Positions 18,604 through 27,816 of a stretch of 64,000 nt of DNA are shown here, one piece after another. The notes below the pieces were generated by a model. The model did not search any database and was not told the DNA's origin. It saw nothing but the letters and a program-made list of their open reading frames with translations. The first letter of the stretch is position 1. Each line of letters starts with the position of its first letter. The position numbers were made by a program, and so were the translations under genes. Source of the DNA: Candidatus Harrisonbacteria bacterium (GTDB taxonomy: Bacteria > Patescibacteriota > Minisyncoccia > UBA6257 > WO2-44-18); assembly GCA_016182295.1 (NCBI GenBank), contig JACOXP010000006.1:9298-73297 (forward strand). The letters are read 5' to 3'.

Positions 18604-19409
18604 GTAAATTAGAATCAGACATTTCACTGGTTATTATTACCGCCAATGCATTGAGGCATAAATTTGTAACCAATCAGTTAATTAAAGATTTTCAGGTTAA
18701 AGGAGTTATTTCCGAAATCAAGCGTCCATTAAGGCAAGGCGACACGGTGGAGGAAAATGAGATTATTGCTAAGCACAGCCGTGAGCGTGATGAAAAAGAA
18801 ATCGAATATTTTGGCGCTGAGAAAGACTTTAATCTTCCGACAGAGAAAATAATGAGGGTAGACTATGAGGAAGCTAATAGCCAAAAAGTATACGACTGGA
18901 TTAAAAAATTGAATCCCAATTACGTAGTTCTCTTTGGCAGTGGCATCGTGCGCGATCCGCTTTTAAGTGAATATAAGGGACGAATCATCAATATGCACCT
19001 TGGCCTCTCTCCCTATTATCGTGGTTCGGCGACCACCTTTTGGCCATTTGTGGAAAAAGAACCGGAATGTATCGGCGTTACCGTCCATTTAGCGGTTTTG
19101 AAAGTAGACGCGGGATCAATTTTGGGGCAATCTCGGCCGGAAATTAACCCTGACGACGGCGCCCATGATATAGGCTACAGAAATATTATCGCCGGGGCCG
19201 AACTTCTAACGAGATGTATCCGCGAATACAGCGCTGGAAAAATTCAACCGAAACCCCAGCGTCTCGATATCGGAAAGGTTTTTAAACACAAAGATTTCAA
19301 CGCGCAATCGGTGTTAAAGATGAAAGAAAATTTTTCAAACGGGATGATTGAGCTTTATTTAGAAAATAAACCCCAGCGTGACGCTCAATACCCGATTATT
19401 GAGGCATGA
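18600..19409 (+). CDS. Formyltransferase-domain protein (sugar N-formyltransferase candidate)
   Basis: VVLFGSGIVRDPLL...IINMHLGLSPYYRGSATTFW matches the N10-formyl-THF formyltransferase core (Fmt/PurN/ArnA-N-like). Confidence 0.7.
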   Translation: MSKLESDISLVIITANALRHKFVTNQLIKDFQVKGVISEIKRPLRQGDTVEENEIIAKHSRERDEKEIEYFGAEKDFNLPTEKIMRVDYEEANSQKVYDWIKKLNPNYVVLFGSGIVRDPLLSEYKGRIINMHLGLSPYYRGSATTFWPFVEKEPECIGVTVHLAVLKVDAGSILGQSRPEINPDDGAHDIGYRNIIAGAELLTRCIREYSAGKIQPKPQRLDIGKVFKHKDFNAQSVLKMKENFSNGMIELYLENKPQRDAQYPIIEA

Positions 19410-20737
19410 AGACGATCTTTCTTTTTGTCCCGCCGAGTCTGATTTCGGATCTTTTACGCACCCCGTATTTGAAGCATGCGGCAGAAAAATTTCGGGTTAT
19501 AGTTTTTACTAGAACAGTTGATCAAGAAACCGGCGAGCGGGAATATCTTAAATCGCCAAACGTGATTTACCATCGTTGGAAAACCCATAACTCCAAATTG
19601 CTGGGAAGGTTCAAGTTTTTCCGAATAGACGGAATCCACCAATTTAATTATTTGAGGGGAGTCGCCCAGTATTATCAAAAAAACATTTTTCTTTCCGATC
19701 GCCGGGCTCGACTAATTAGATTTTTGACCAGGCCTTTTGGAAAAATTTTGACAACCGATTTTTTTACCACGGTTGAAAAATTTTTAATAAAAGTGCCGAG
19801 GGAATTTCGAGACGCCGTAAAAAAATATCAACCATCCGCGGTAGCCGTTTCCACCCCGGGAATGACTGTTTTCGAAGCCGAAGCGATCTTGATGGCCAAA
19901 CGATTGGGGGTGCCGACCGCGGCCGTTAATTTCAATTGGGATAATCTTACTTTGCAGAAAGCCCACTTAATGCGGAGATGTGATTTCTTGCTGGTTTGGA
20001 ACGATATCATCAAGGAACAGGCGATCAAAATTCACAAATATCATCCGAATAAAGTGATGGCAACAGGCGTAATGCGTTTTGATCACTACTTTCAGAAAGG
20101 AAAAGAAGAAATTAGCCGTGATGAGTTTTTGAAAACCAAAGGTTTGAATCCTAATTTGAAAACCATTCTAATTATTACCGAAAGCAAGAATTACTCATTT
20201 CAGTTAAAATGGTTTCGCAAATTGTTCGAACTCCGCGAGAGAGGGAGTATTCCCTATGCCAATGTTTTTATTAGAATTCATCCCCACGATACGCCAGAAG
20301 CTTATAAAGAGTTCTCTGGGCTACCGGATGTTAATGTGGAATTAGCCGGGCAACCGATGGTTAATCAAGCTGACCGAATTGAAATGCGCGTTTCCGATTT
20401 AGAAAATCAAAAACTGACTATTAAACACACGGATATTAATTTCAACTATTGCTCTACAATGTCCTTGGAATCGATGATATTTGACAAACCGGTAGTGATT
20501 TTTTATGAACCAGGTCATTACGACACCGAAAAGACTCATTTCAAACCCATTCTGGACGTTGGTTCTGCAAAACTGGTTAGAAGCCCAGAAGAGCTTGCTT
20601 TAACTATCAAACAATACTTGACTAATCCGGGGTTAGATAGAGAAAAACGCAAGCTCGTCCTTGATCGCTATATGCCATTTAGGGATGGTCAATCCCCAAA
20701 ACGCAGCGTCGAAGCGCTGGCAAAAATACTAAAATAA
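19406..20737 (+). CDS. GT-B-like transferase with HP motif (paralog 2)
   Basis: TPGMTVFEAEAILMAKRLGVPTAAVNFNWDNLT, RIHPHD, CSTMSLESMIFDKP; paralog of 10608-11966. Confidence 0.6.
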   Translation: MKTIFLFVPPSLISDLLRTPYLKHAAEKFRVIVFTRTVDQETGEREYLKSPNVIYHRWKTHNSKLLGRFKFFRIDGIHQFNYLRGVAQYYQKNIFLSDRRARLIRFLTRPFGKILTTDFFTTVEKFLIKVPREFRDAVKKYQPSAVAVSTPGMTVFEAEAILMAKRLGVPTAAVNFNWDNLTLQKAHLMRRCDFLLVWNDIIKEQAIKIHKYHPNKVMATGVMRFDHYFQKGKEEISRDEFLKTKGLNPNLKTILIITESKNYSFQLKWFRKLFELRERGSIPYANVFIRIHPHDTPEAYKEFSGLPDVNVELAGQPMVNQADRIEMRVSDLENQKLTIKHTDINFNYCSTMSLESMIFDKPVVIFYEPGHYDTEKTHFKPILDVGSAKLVRSPEELALTIKQYLTNPGLDREKRKLVLDRYMPFRDGQSPKRSVEALAKILK

Positions 20738-20742
20738 CGCCG

Positions 20743-22626
20743 GTGCTGATTTACAGTAGAAAAATTTTTGTTCTTGTTGTGCTGGCAGTGGCGGTTGGAT
20801 TGTTTTATACACTACCGCCGTTTTTGGTTTGGCGGGATTTGGCGAGCAATGGCGAACCATTTCTGTTAGCAAACCTCCAATCCTACAAAGATGAAATGAC
20901 CGTGTATTTGCCAAAAGCGAGAGAAGTGTACGATGGTCATTTTCCTCCAACAGACGTTTATTCCGGAGAGACTGGGCCATCAGTTCTTGGTATCGTGCCG
21001 AGCGTTTTATTCGCGCCATTTCTTTTTCTTTTTGATGGCGATTTGAATTGGGCTTATTTAGCCGCGCAGTTTTTCTTTTCCGGATTGATATTTTTGATTT
21101 TTTTCTGGCTGGGAAATTTATTTTTCAAATCAAGAAGATGGGCGCTAACCATTTCTTTATTGGGCGTTTTAACCCCGCTGGCAACCATTTATTATGGGTG
21201 GAGCTTGAGCGGAACGGCAAGTATTTTGAAAACAATTGTTAAACAATTTGTACCATTGGTAAGAACCGAAATTCATAAATTGTATTTAGTAAGAATTGAC
21301 GATCCAATGCTAACTTTGCCGGTTTATCTTTTAGCAATTGGCGGTCTTTATACATTTTGGATGTCGCCTAAGCGGCGGACGGCTGTTTTTGCCGCTCTGC
21401 CAATGGGATTTCTTTTTTATACCTATTTTCATTATTGGATTTTGTGGTTGATAATAATCGGAGTTTTAACTTTATTTGGTTTGTATTCAATATGGCGAAC
21501 CCCTAGTTGGTTTAACAAAGATAAGTTAATTTATTTCTTTGTTTTGTTGGTGATTATTGGATTGATGGCCGTTCCTTACGCGATGAATTACCTAGAAACT
21601 TTGCAAATACTCGGAGGCCAGGATCATGGATTGAGATTGGGCGCTACTTACGGCCGGGATGTCTGGCCGATACAGCAATTTGCCTTCAGGCATTATATTG
21701 CGTATTTATTTTTAGTCGGCGCTGTTTACTGGCTTTATTTTCGAGGCGGAGATCAAAGGCGGGGGATATTTTTTTTAAGCTGGCTTTTAGCTTTCTTTGT
21801 ATTCTGGAACATTCAGACAATAACTGGATTTATGGTGGAACAAGTTCTGGCGCCAAGAGCCATAGCCCCTCTAATGTATGTGCTTCTATTCGTCTTACTT
21901 TTCGACCTGATAAAAAAAATCTCAATTCGGAAACCCTTATGGGGCCATTTAACGATTTGGTTTCTAACAGCTGTAATTGTTTTAATTCCACTCAAGAAAG
22001 CCGTCAATGTTTTAGCGATTATAAACCCGAGTTCGGAAACCAAGGACTATTACCGTTTTTCCGGAGAATTAATTGACTCCTGGAAATGGATTAACGCCAA
22101 TTTGAGAAAAGAACCGAAAATCGTTGCCTCTTCATTAGTGACGTCTTTTTATCTTACTACTTATACCTCAGCCCGCCCCTACGTAGCTACTGGATTTGTT
22201 TCTGCTCTGCCAACAATAGAGCTGGAACAAAGATTTCTAAACGCGAATAAATTATTCCAAGTCCCAGAAGATGTTTTTCGTCATCGGATTATTGGCGATC
22301 TGATTCTTAAATGTGGAGAAAATTGCCCGCCGGACGCTGTGTTTAATTTGGACAAAACTCGTCGTTTTCTCTTTGTCGCGGATTCAGCCAAAGTTTCTAA
22401 AATGGTTGGCCGCGAGAGCAAAACAATACTTGAATACGCCGATTCTGTAACGGCGTCATATAAGGCATTAAATTTGAATTGGGATGATATTGATGCGGAA
22501 TACGTTTATCTGGGGCCGCTAGAACGAATGTTTAGTAGCCCTAATTTTCTTGCCGTGCCTAATCTAAGTTTGATATATCAAAATCCTGAAGTAGAAATCT
22601 ACAAAATCGACAAAATTGATTTTTGA
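20743..22626 (+). CDS. Large polytopic membrane protein, GT-C-fold glycosyltransferase candidate (paralog 1)
   Basis: About 12 predicted TM helices; first extracytoplasmic loop carries KDE..YLPKAREVYDGHFPPTD, conserved in the paralog at 32416-34329; C-terminal soluble domain. Confidence 0.5.
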   Translation: MLIYSRKIFVLVVLAVAVGLFYTLPPFLVWRDLASNGEPFLLANLQSYKDEMTVYLPKAREVYDGHFPPTDVYSGETGPSVLGIVPSVLFAPFLFLFDGDLNWAYLAAQFFFSGLIFLIFFWLGNLFFKSRRWALTISLLGVLTPLATIYYGWSLSGTASILKTIVKQFVPLVRTEIHKLYLVRIDDPMLTLPVYLLAIGGLYTFWMSPKRRTAVFAALPMGFLFYTYFHYWILWLIIIGVLTLFGLYSIWRTPSWFNKDKLIYFFVLLVIIGLMAVPYAMNYLETLQILGGQDHGLRLGATYGRDVWPIQQFAFRHYIAYLFLVGAVYWLYFRGGDQRRGIFFLSWLLAFFVFWNIQTITGFMVEQVLAPRAIAPLMYVLLFVLLFDLIKKISIRKPLWGHLTIWFLTAVIVLIPLKKAVNVLAIINPSSETKDYYRFSGELIDSWKWINANLRKEPKIVASSLVTSFYLTTYTSARPYVATGFVSALPTIELEQRFLNANKLFQVPEDVFRHRIIGDLILKCGENCPPDAVFNLDKTRRFLFVADSAKVSKMVGRESKTILEYADSVTASYKALNLNWDDIDAEYVYLGPLERMFSSPNFLAVPNLSLIYQNPEVEIYKIDKIDF

Positions 22627-23606
22627 GCTATAATTTTCCCATGCGCATTCTAGTTACTGGAGGGGCCGGGTTTATAGGCAGTCATTTAGTTGAACGTTTA
22701 TCCAGAAATGGAGACCGAGTTATTGTTTTAGACGATTTTTCAACCGCCAGCCGGGAAGTAGTTAACTGGGTCGAAAAATTACCCGGCGTAACTATTGTTA
22801 AAGGATCAGTTTTGGACAAATCGCTCTTGACAAGAACAATATCCGGCTGCCAACAAATTTATCATTTGGCCGCGGCAGTTGGGGTTAAATTGGTTGTAGA
22901 AAAACCACTGCAGTCTTTTTTAACAAATGTTTCCGGTTCTCATAATGTTTTAGAACTGGCAGATAAGAAAAAAATCCCAGTTTTATTAACTTCTTCATCC
23001 GAAGTTTATGGAAAAAGCGACAAATTGCCGTTTCGAGAAAATGAAGACCGAGTTTACGGATCTGTTTACAATGAGCGTTGGGGATATGCATTATCCAAAA
23101 CATCGGATGAATTTTTAGCCCTAGCGTACTGGAGAGAACGGGGGTTACCAGTTGTGGTGGTCCGCCTTTTCAATACAGTCGGTCCTCGTCAGGTTGGAAC
23201 CTACGGAATGGTGGTACCTCGGCTAGTTCAACAAGGATTGCGAAATGATGATCTTACTATTTATGGCGATGGTCTTCAGATCAGATCCTTTAGTTATGTA
23301 GGCGATGTGGTTGACGGAATGCTAAAACTTTTAAATTCTAAAAAATCACATGGAGAAATTTTTAATCTTGGATCACCGGAACCGATAACTATTCTCGATT
23401 TAGCCAAAAAAATCAAAGTATTGATGAAGAGTCAGTCTAAGTTAAGAATGATTCCTTATCGGAAAGTTTACGGAGAAACTTTTGAAGATATGCGAGTAAG
23501 AGTCCCCGATATTTCTAAAGCTAAACGAATTGTTGGGTACAAACCTAAATTTACCCTTGATGACACTCTCAAAGCCGTTATCGATTACTACAGAAAATCT
23601 TTATGA
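22623..23606 (+). CDS. NAD-dependent epimerase/dehydratase, UDP-glucuronate decarboxylase (UXS/ArnA-C)-like
   Basis: ILVTGGAGFIGSHLVERL; SSSEVYG; YALSK catalytic pair; overall resemblance to UDP-xylose synthase type SDRs. Confidence 0.7.
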   Translation: MSYNFPMRILVTGGAGFIGSHLVERLSRNGDRVIVLDDFSTASREVVNWVEKLPGVTIVKGSVLDKSLLTRTISGCQQIYHLAAAVGVKLVVEKPLQSFLTNVSGSHNVLELADKKKIPVLLTSSSEVYGKSDKLPFRENEDRVYGSVYNERWGYALSKTSDEFLALAYWRERGLPVVVVRLFNTVGPRQVGTYGMVVPRLVQQGLRNDDLTIYGDGLQIRSFSYVGDVVDGMLKLLNSKKSHGEIFNLGSPEPITILDLAKKIKVLMKSQSKLRMIPYRKVYGETFEDMRVRVPDISKAKRIVGYKPKFTLDDTLKAVIDYYRKSL

Positions 23607-24349
23607 AATTAGAACTTTTATCAGTGATCGTCCCTGCTTACAATGAAGGGCCGTCAATTGAAAAGGCGCTAGAAGCAGTTTTTGCCGTGCCGGTTAAAAA
23701 GGAAGTGATAGTAGTTGATGATGGTTCGACTGACGAAACGGCGGAGATTGTTGAGAAACTTAGTAAGGTTTTGACCAAGCAGAATAAATATTCTTATCTC
23801 AAAGAATTGAAATTCGTGAAAAAAGAAGAAAATTCCGGTAAAGGATCTGCCATTAGATCTGGATTGTCTTTAGTGTCCGGCGATGTTGTTTTAATTCAGG
23901 ACGCGGATTTGGAATTGGACCCAAATGAATACCCCAAATTGCTGGCGCCATTTAAAGAAATGGAAGCAGATATTGTTTTTGGTTCTCGGTTTCGCAGAGA
24001 AGGAATTATTCGAGTTCAACAAACATTTCACTTTTTGGGCAATAAGGCGTTAACCTGGTTTTCTAATTTGTGCACCGGGTTTTATCTCACCGATATGGAA
24101 ACTGGTTTTAAGGTTTTCCGTAGCGATTTAATGAAGGGTTTTAAGTTGATCTCTAATCGTTTTGGCATAGAACCCGAGCTAGCTGCTAGAGCGGCTCAAG
24201 CCACTAGAAAGAAACGGTTGAATTTTTATGAAGTTTCTGTTTCATATCGACCGCGAACCATAGCCGAAGGAAAAAAAATGCGTTTTTTCCGAGGTGGAGT
24301 AATAGCATTATTAGCAGTTATCTACTTTAATTTTATTAATAAGTCCTAG
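23603..24349 (+). CDS. GT2 polyprenol-phosphate sugar synthase-like glycosyltransferase (DPM1/ArnC/GtrB-like)
   Basis: LSVIVPAYNEGPSIEKAL...VDDGSTDET GT2 N-terminus; hydrophobic C-terminal tail. Confidence 0.75.
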   Translation: MKLELLSVIVPAYNEGPSIEKALEAVFAVPVKKEVIVVDDGSTDETAEIVEKLSKVLTKQNKYSYLKELKFVKKEENSGKGSAIRSGLSLVSGDVVLIQDADLELDPNEYPKLLAPFKEMEADIVFGSRFRREGIIRVQQTFHFLGNKALTWFSNLCTGFYLTDMETGFKVFRSDLMKGFKLISNRFGIEPELAARAAQATRKKRLNFYEVSVSYRPRTIAEGKKMRFFRGGVIALLAVIYFNFINKS

Positions 24350-24357
24350 TCCTTAGT

Positions 24358-25743
24358 TTGAAGAATTTTTGGCTTTCTAGGAGTTTTAAGATAATAAGTA
24401 TGAAAACCGTATTTATAGCCGTTTTTCAAGGAACGGAATTTCGGAATATTATCCGGACAGACATTTATAAAGAATTGATCAATCAGCCGAATGTCCGCTT
24501 GGTTCTATTTACTGACAATGAAGTTAAGCGTGATTATTTCCAATCACAATTTAACGCTCCAAACGTTATTTATGAAATAGCCAATGATTATCGGCCGCAC
24601 TGGTCGGCGCCGATTTTTGGTTTTCTAAAATATAATCTGATCAAAACCGGCACTTTAGACATGAAACGCCGCAGAAAATTGGAACAAAATGGCAACTATT
24701 TTAATTATTATTTCCGATGGCTTACCAATCGCCTGTTGGCTAATCGATTGTCAAGAATTATAACTCGCTGGGCGGCGTTTCATTTAGTGCGTGACGATTT
24801 TTTTGCCTCTTATTACGATAAATACCAGCCACAAATGGTTCTATTAGCTCATCTTTTCAGCGATATCGAGACGTCAATGCTAAGAGAAGCAAAACGGCGA
24901 AAAATAATTTCTGTTGGATTGATAAACTCCTGGGACAAGTTAACTTCCAGAAATATGCTTTTGCTTTTGCCGGACAAAATGCTGGTCCATAATCGGATAG
25001 TGAAAAATGAAGCTATTCGTTTGGCTGATATGTCGAAAAAGGATATAACAATAGTCGGCATACCGCATTTCGACCATCATTTTAAAACGCCAAGGTCTTC
25101 CAAAAAGGAATTTGCTAAACGATTTGGCTTGGATCCTAACAAGCGATACGTAGTTTTTTGTCCGGAGGGAAAGACCTATATTGATTCTGATGGGCAAATG
25201 GCCAGCTTAATTGATGAAATGATTGCTAGCGGAGAATTGCCGAATGACCTCCAACTAATAATCCGCTTGCCGCCAAATGATATCATTGATATTTATCCAT
25301 ACAAAACAAAAGTGGTCATTCAGCAAGCTGGCAAGCGTTTTTCCAAGAAACGCGGAGTAGATTGGGATATGGACGAAGAAGATTTTCGGTTATTGGCTGA
25401 TACAATGCGTCATGCTTCGGTGATAATTCTTTATGCCTCAACGGTAGCAATGGACGCGGCGGTTTTCAATAAACCTCTTATCAGCGTGAATATTAAATTT
25501 CCAAATTATCCTTCCACTGATTGGGTTTATGAATATGAACATTGCGGCACTCTTTTGCGAACCGGTGGTTTGGATTACGTAAGGACACGCGCCGATTTGG
25601 CTAATTCTATCAAGCGATATCTTGAAAATCCTCAATTCAATGACGACGGTCGGAGCAGGATTCGAGAGGAGCAGTGTCATTATTTAGACGGCAGGTCAGG
25701 GAAACGTGTGGCCGAATACATCCTCGATTTGTTAAACGTTTAA
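24358..25743 (+). CDS. GT-B-like transferase with HP motif (paralog 3)
   Basis: MKTVFIAVF N-terminus (an alternative start at 24400 matches the paralog N-termini better) and C-terminal ASTVAMDAAVFNKP block; the HP position is degenerate (LPPND). Confidence 0.55.
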   Translation: MKNFWLSRSFKIISMKTVFIAVFQGTEFRNIIRTDIYKELINQPNVRLVLFTDNEVKRDYFQSQFNAPNVIYEIANDYRPHWSAPIFGFLKYNLIKTGTLDMKRRRKLEQNGNYFNYYFRWLTNRLLANRLSRIITRWAAFHLVRDDFFASYYDKYQPQMVLLAHLFSDIETSMLREAKRRKIISVGLINSWDKLTSRNMLLLLPDKMLVHNRIVKNEAIRLADMSKKDITIVGIPHFDHHFKTPRSSKKEFAKRFGLDPNKRYVVFCPEGKTYIDSDGQMASLIDEMIASGELPNDLQLIIRLPPNDIIDIYPYKTKVVIQQAGKRFSKKRGVDWDMDEEDFRLLADTMRHASVIILYASTVAMDAAVFNKPLISVNIKFPNYPSTDWVYEYEHCGTLLRTGGLDYVRTRADLANSIKRYLENPQFNDDGRSRIREEQCHYLDGRSGKRVAEYILDLLNV

Positions 25744-25746
25744 TAA

Positions 25747-26088
25747 ATGGTCATGAAAGGAATCGGAATCGATATAATCAAAATAAATCGTTTTAGAAGA
25801 ATCCCTTATAAGAAGCGACCGTCTTTTTATAAAAATATATTTACTAATCTCGAAATTGAATATTGTCTTGGTAAAAAAGATCCTTACCCGAGTTTTGCCG
25901 CGAGGTTTGCCGCAAAGGAGGCAATCGTCAAAGCGGTTGGTGGGACTATTTATAAAGCGAGACAAATCGAGATTCGTAAAGGCAGTTCTGGCCGGCCGAT
26001 GGTGAAGCTTCAAGGTCGAAAAAAGATACTGCTCTCTTTATCTCATGACGGAGAATACGCCGCCGCTATTGCTCTATGGTTAAACTAA
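25747..26088 (+). CDS. acpS: Holo-[acyl-carrier-protein] synthase (4'-phosphopantetheinyl transferase)
   Basis: GIGIDIIKINRF...FAAKEAIVKA is the canonical AcpS signature; 113 aa. Confidence 0.8.
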   Translation: MVMKGIGIDIIKINRFRRIPYKKRPSFYKNIFTNLEIEYCLGKKDPYPSFAARFAAKEAIVKAVGGTIYKARQIEIRKGSSGRPMVKLQGRKKILLSLSHDGEYAAAIALWLN

Positions 26089-27608
26089 TACAAGATTATT
26101 TTTCTATTTCCGCCAAAAACGACCCTGGTAAGTTAGCTGTTGATGTCGGAGAAGATGCCTTATCTGAAAAAGAGAAAGAAGTTTTTAATAAATCTTTTGG
26201 CTGGATTGATAATTTCAGCAACCAATTTGCCAGATATTTAAAAGAAAAAAGCGTCAAGAGGGGCGATCGCGTTGCTTTTATATTCAAGAAACAGAATCTT
26301 TCGTATTCGATCGCCTCAATCTTAGCAATACTTAAATGTGACGCTATTTATGTTCCGATACATTACAAATTGCCGCCAAAGCGAATTATCAAAATTTTAA
26401 GCGATTCGGACGCTAAATTTCTAATTTGCTCGTCTTTGTTTGCGAAAGACCTTAAAAAACATGCCGTGCTGTCCAATTTTCCGTTTTTTGAGATAGATAA
26501 AGAAAAAATAAATATTGAGAAAAGAGGCGCGGGAGCTTTGAGTTACGCCAACAACAGTGACGATGCCGCTTATATTATGTACACCTCTGGATCAACCGGC
26601 AATCCGAAGGGCGTGGTGATAACTCACGGAAATATTATCAACGCGACCGAATGGGCAGTAGAAGAATTCGGTATTACCAGCGAAGATCGAATGTCTCAGC
26701 ACCCCCCGTTGAATTTTGATCTTTCAACTTTTGATTTATATTGCGCCTTTAAATCCGGAGCTAGTTTGCATCCAGTGCCTGAAGACGCATCAATTTTCCC
26801 CGGAGAGTTAGTAAGATTTATTGAAAACAATAAATTGACCATCTGGAACTCGGTCCCTTCGGTGATGGTTCAAATGGCGGTTGCCGGATTAGTCAAACCA
26901 GACAGGATGCCGACGCTGAAAAAAATATTTTTCAATGGCGAGGGATTTCCAACAAAATTTTTGGCGGAATGGATGAAAATTTATCCGGATAAAGAATTTG
27001 TTAACATGTATGGGCCAACGGAAACAACCGTGCAATGCACTTTTTATCGCGTTCACGAACCACCGAAAGATTTGACTAGATTAGTTCCGATTGGCAAAGC
27101 TTGCCACAATGTTGAGGTTTTTGATGTAGACGGCGAGCTTTATGTCGGCGGACTTGGTGTCGGGAGGGGCTATTGGAATGATCCTCAAAGAACCTCTGAA
27201 TTATTTATCAATTATCCTGGCAGAGGTCGGGTATATAAGACGGGGGATTTGGTTCGTTTGTTGCCGGACGGAAATTATGAATTTATTGGACGGAGGGACA
27301 ATCAGGTGAAAATTCATGGTAATCGCATTGAGTTGGGAGATATTGAATCGGCAATTAATTCCCTTCCATATATCAGGGAAGCAGGCGTGATTGCTGTAAC
27401 TGCTTCTGAAATTGAGGATAAAAAAGTTATCGCTTTTGTAAGCGTTAATGAAGATAAAAAACCGGAGTCATTAAAATCTGATCTGAAAAAATTACTCCCG
27501 CTTTATATGATCCCACAGCAAATCGAAATCAGGGATAGTTTGCCAAAAACTGGCAATGGCAAAATAGATCGAGTTAAACTTAAAAATGAATATGGAAGAG
27601 AAAATTAA
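26076..27608 (+). CDS. Adenylate-forming enzyme (DltA-like amino/acyl-acid--carrier protein ligase)
   Basis: YTSGSTGNPKGV (A3 core), YGPTETT, GELYVGG..GRGY, YKTGD, and a terminal GKIDR lysine. A stand-alone adenylation domain of about 510 aa. Confidence 0.8.
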   Translation: MVKLIQDYFSISAKNDPGKLAVDVGEDALSEKEKEVFNKSFGWIDNFSNQFARYLKEKSVKRGDRVAFIFKKQNLSYSIASILAILKCDAIYVPIHYKLPPKRIIKILSDSDAKFLICSSLFAKDLKKHAVLSNFPFFEIDKEKINIEKRGAGALSYANNSDDAAYIMYTSGSTGNPKGVVITHGNIINATEWAVEEFGITSEDRMSQHPPLNFDLSTFDLYCAFKSGASLHPVPEDASIFPGELVRFIENNKLTIWNSVPSVMVQMAVAGLVKPDRMPTLKKIFFNGEGFPTKFLAEWMKIYPDKEFVNMYGPTETTVQCTFYRVHEPPKDLTRLVPIGKACHNVEVFDVDGELYVGGLGVGRGYWNDPQRTSELFINYPGRGRVYKTGDLVRLLPDGNYEFIGRRDNQVKIHGNRIELGDIESAINSLPYIREAGVIAVTASEIEDKKVIAFVSVNEDKKPESLKSDLKKLLPLYMIPQQIEIRDSLPKTGNGKIDRVKLKNEYGREN

Positions 27609-27816
27609 AAAATTTCTGGAAAAAGAAACTCAAAAGACAATTGTTGATAACAAAGCCAATCTTTTAGAGTTGGGAATCTTAGATTCTTTCACGATGATAC
27701 GATTATTGAATTTTTTGGAACAAGATTTAAAGATATCAGTAAAAATGGAAGAATTGTCGCCCCAAAATTTTTCTTCTATCAACAATATGATTAAGACCAT
27801 TGAATCATGGAAATAA
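27586..27816 (+). CDS. Carrier protein (DltC-like / peptidyl carrier protein)
   Basis: 76 aa; LGILDSFTMIRLLNFLEQ contains the conserved LDS(F/L) serine. Immediately follows the adenylating enzyme with start/stop overlap. Confidence 0.7.
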   Translation: MNMEEKIKKFLEKETQKTIVDNKANLLELGILDSFTMIRLLNFLEQDLKISVKMEELSPQNFSSINNMIKTIESWK

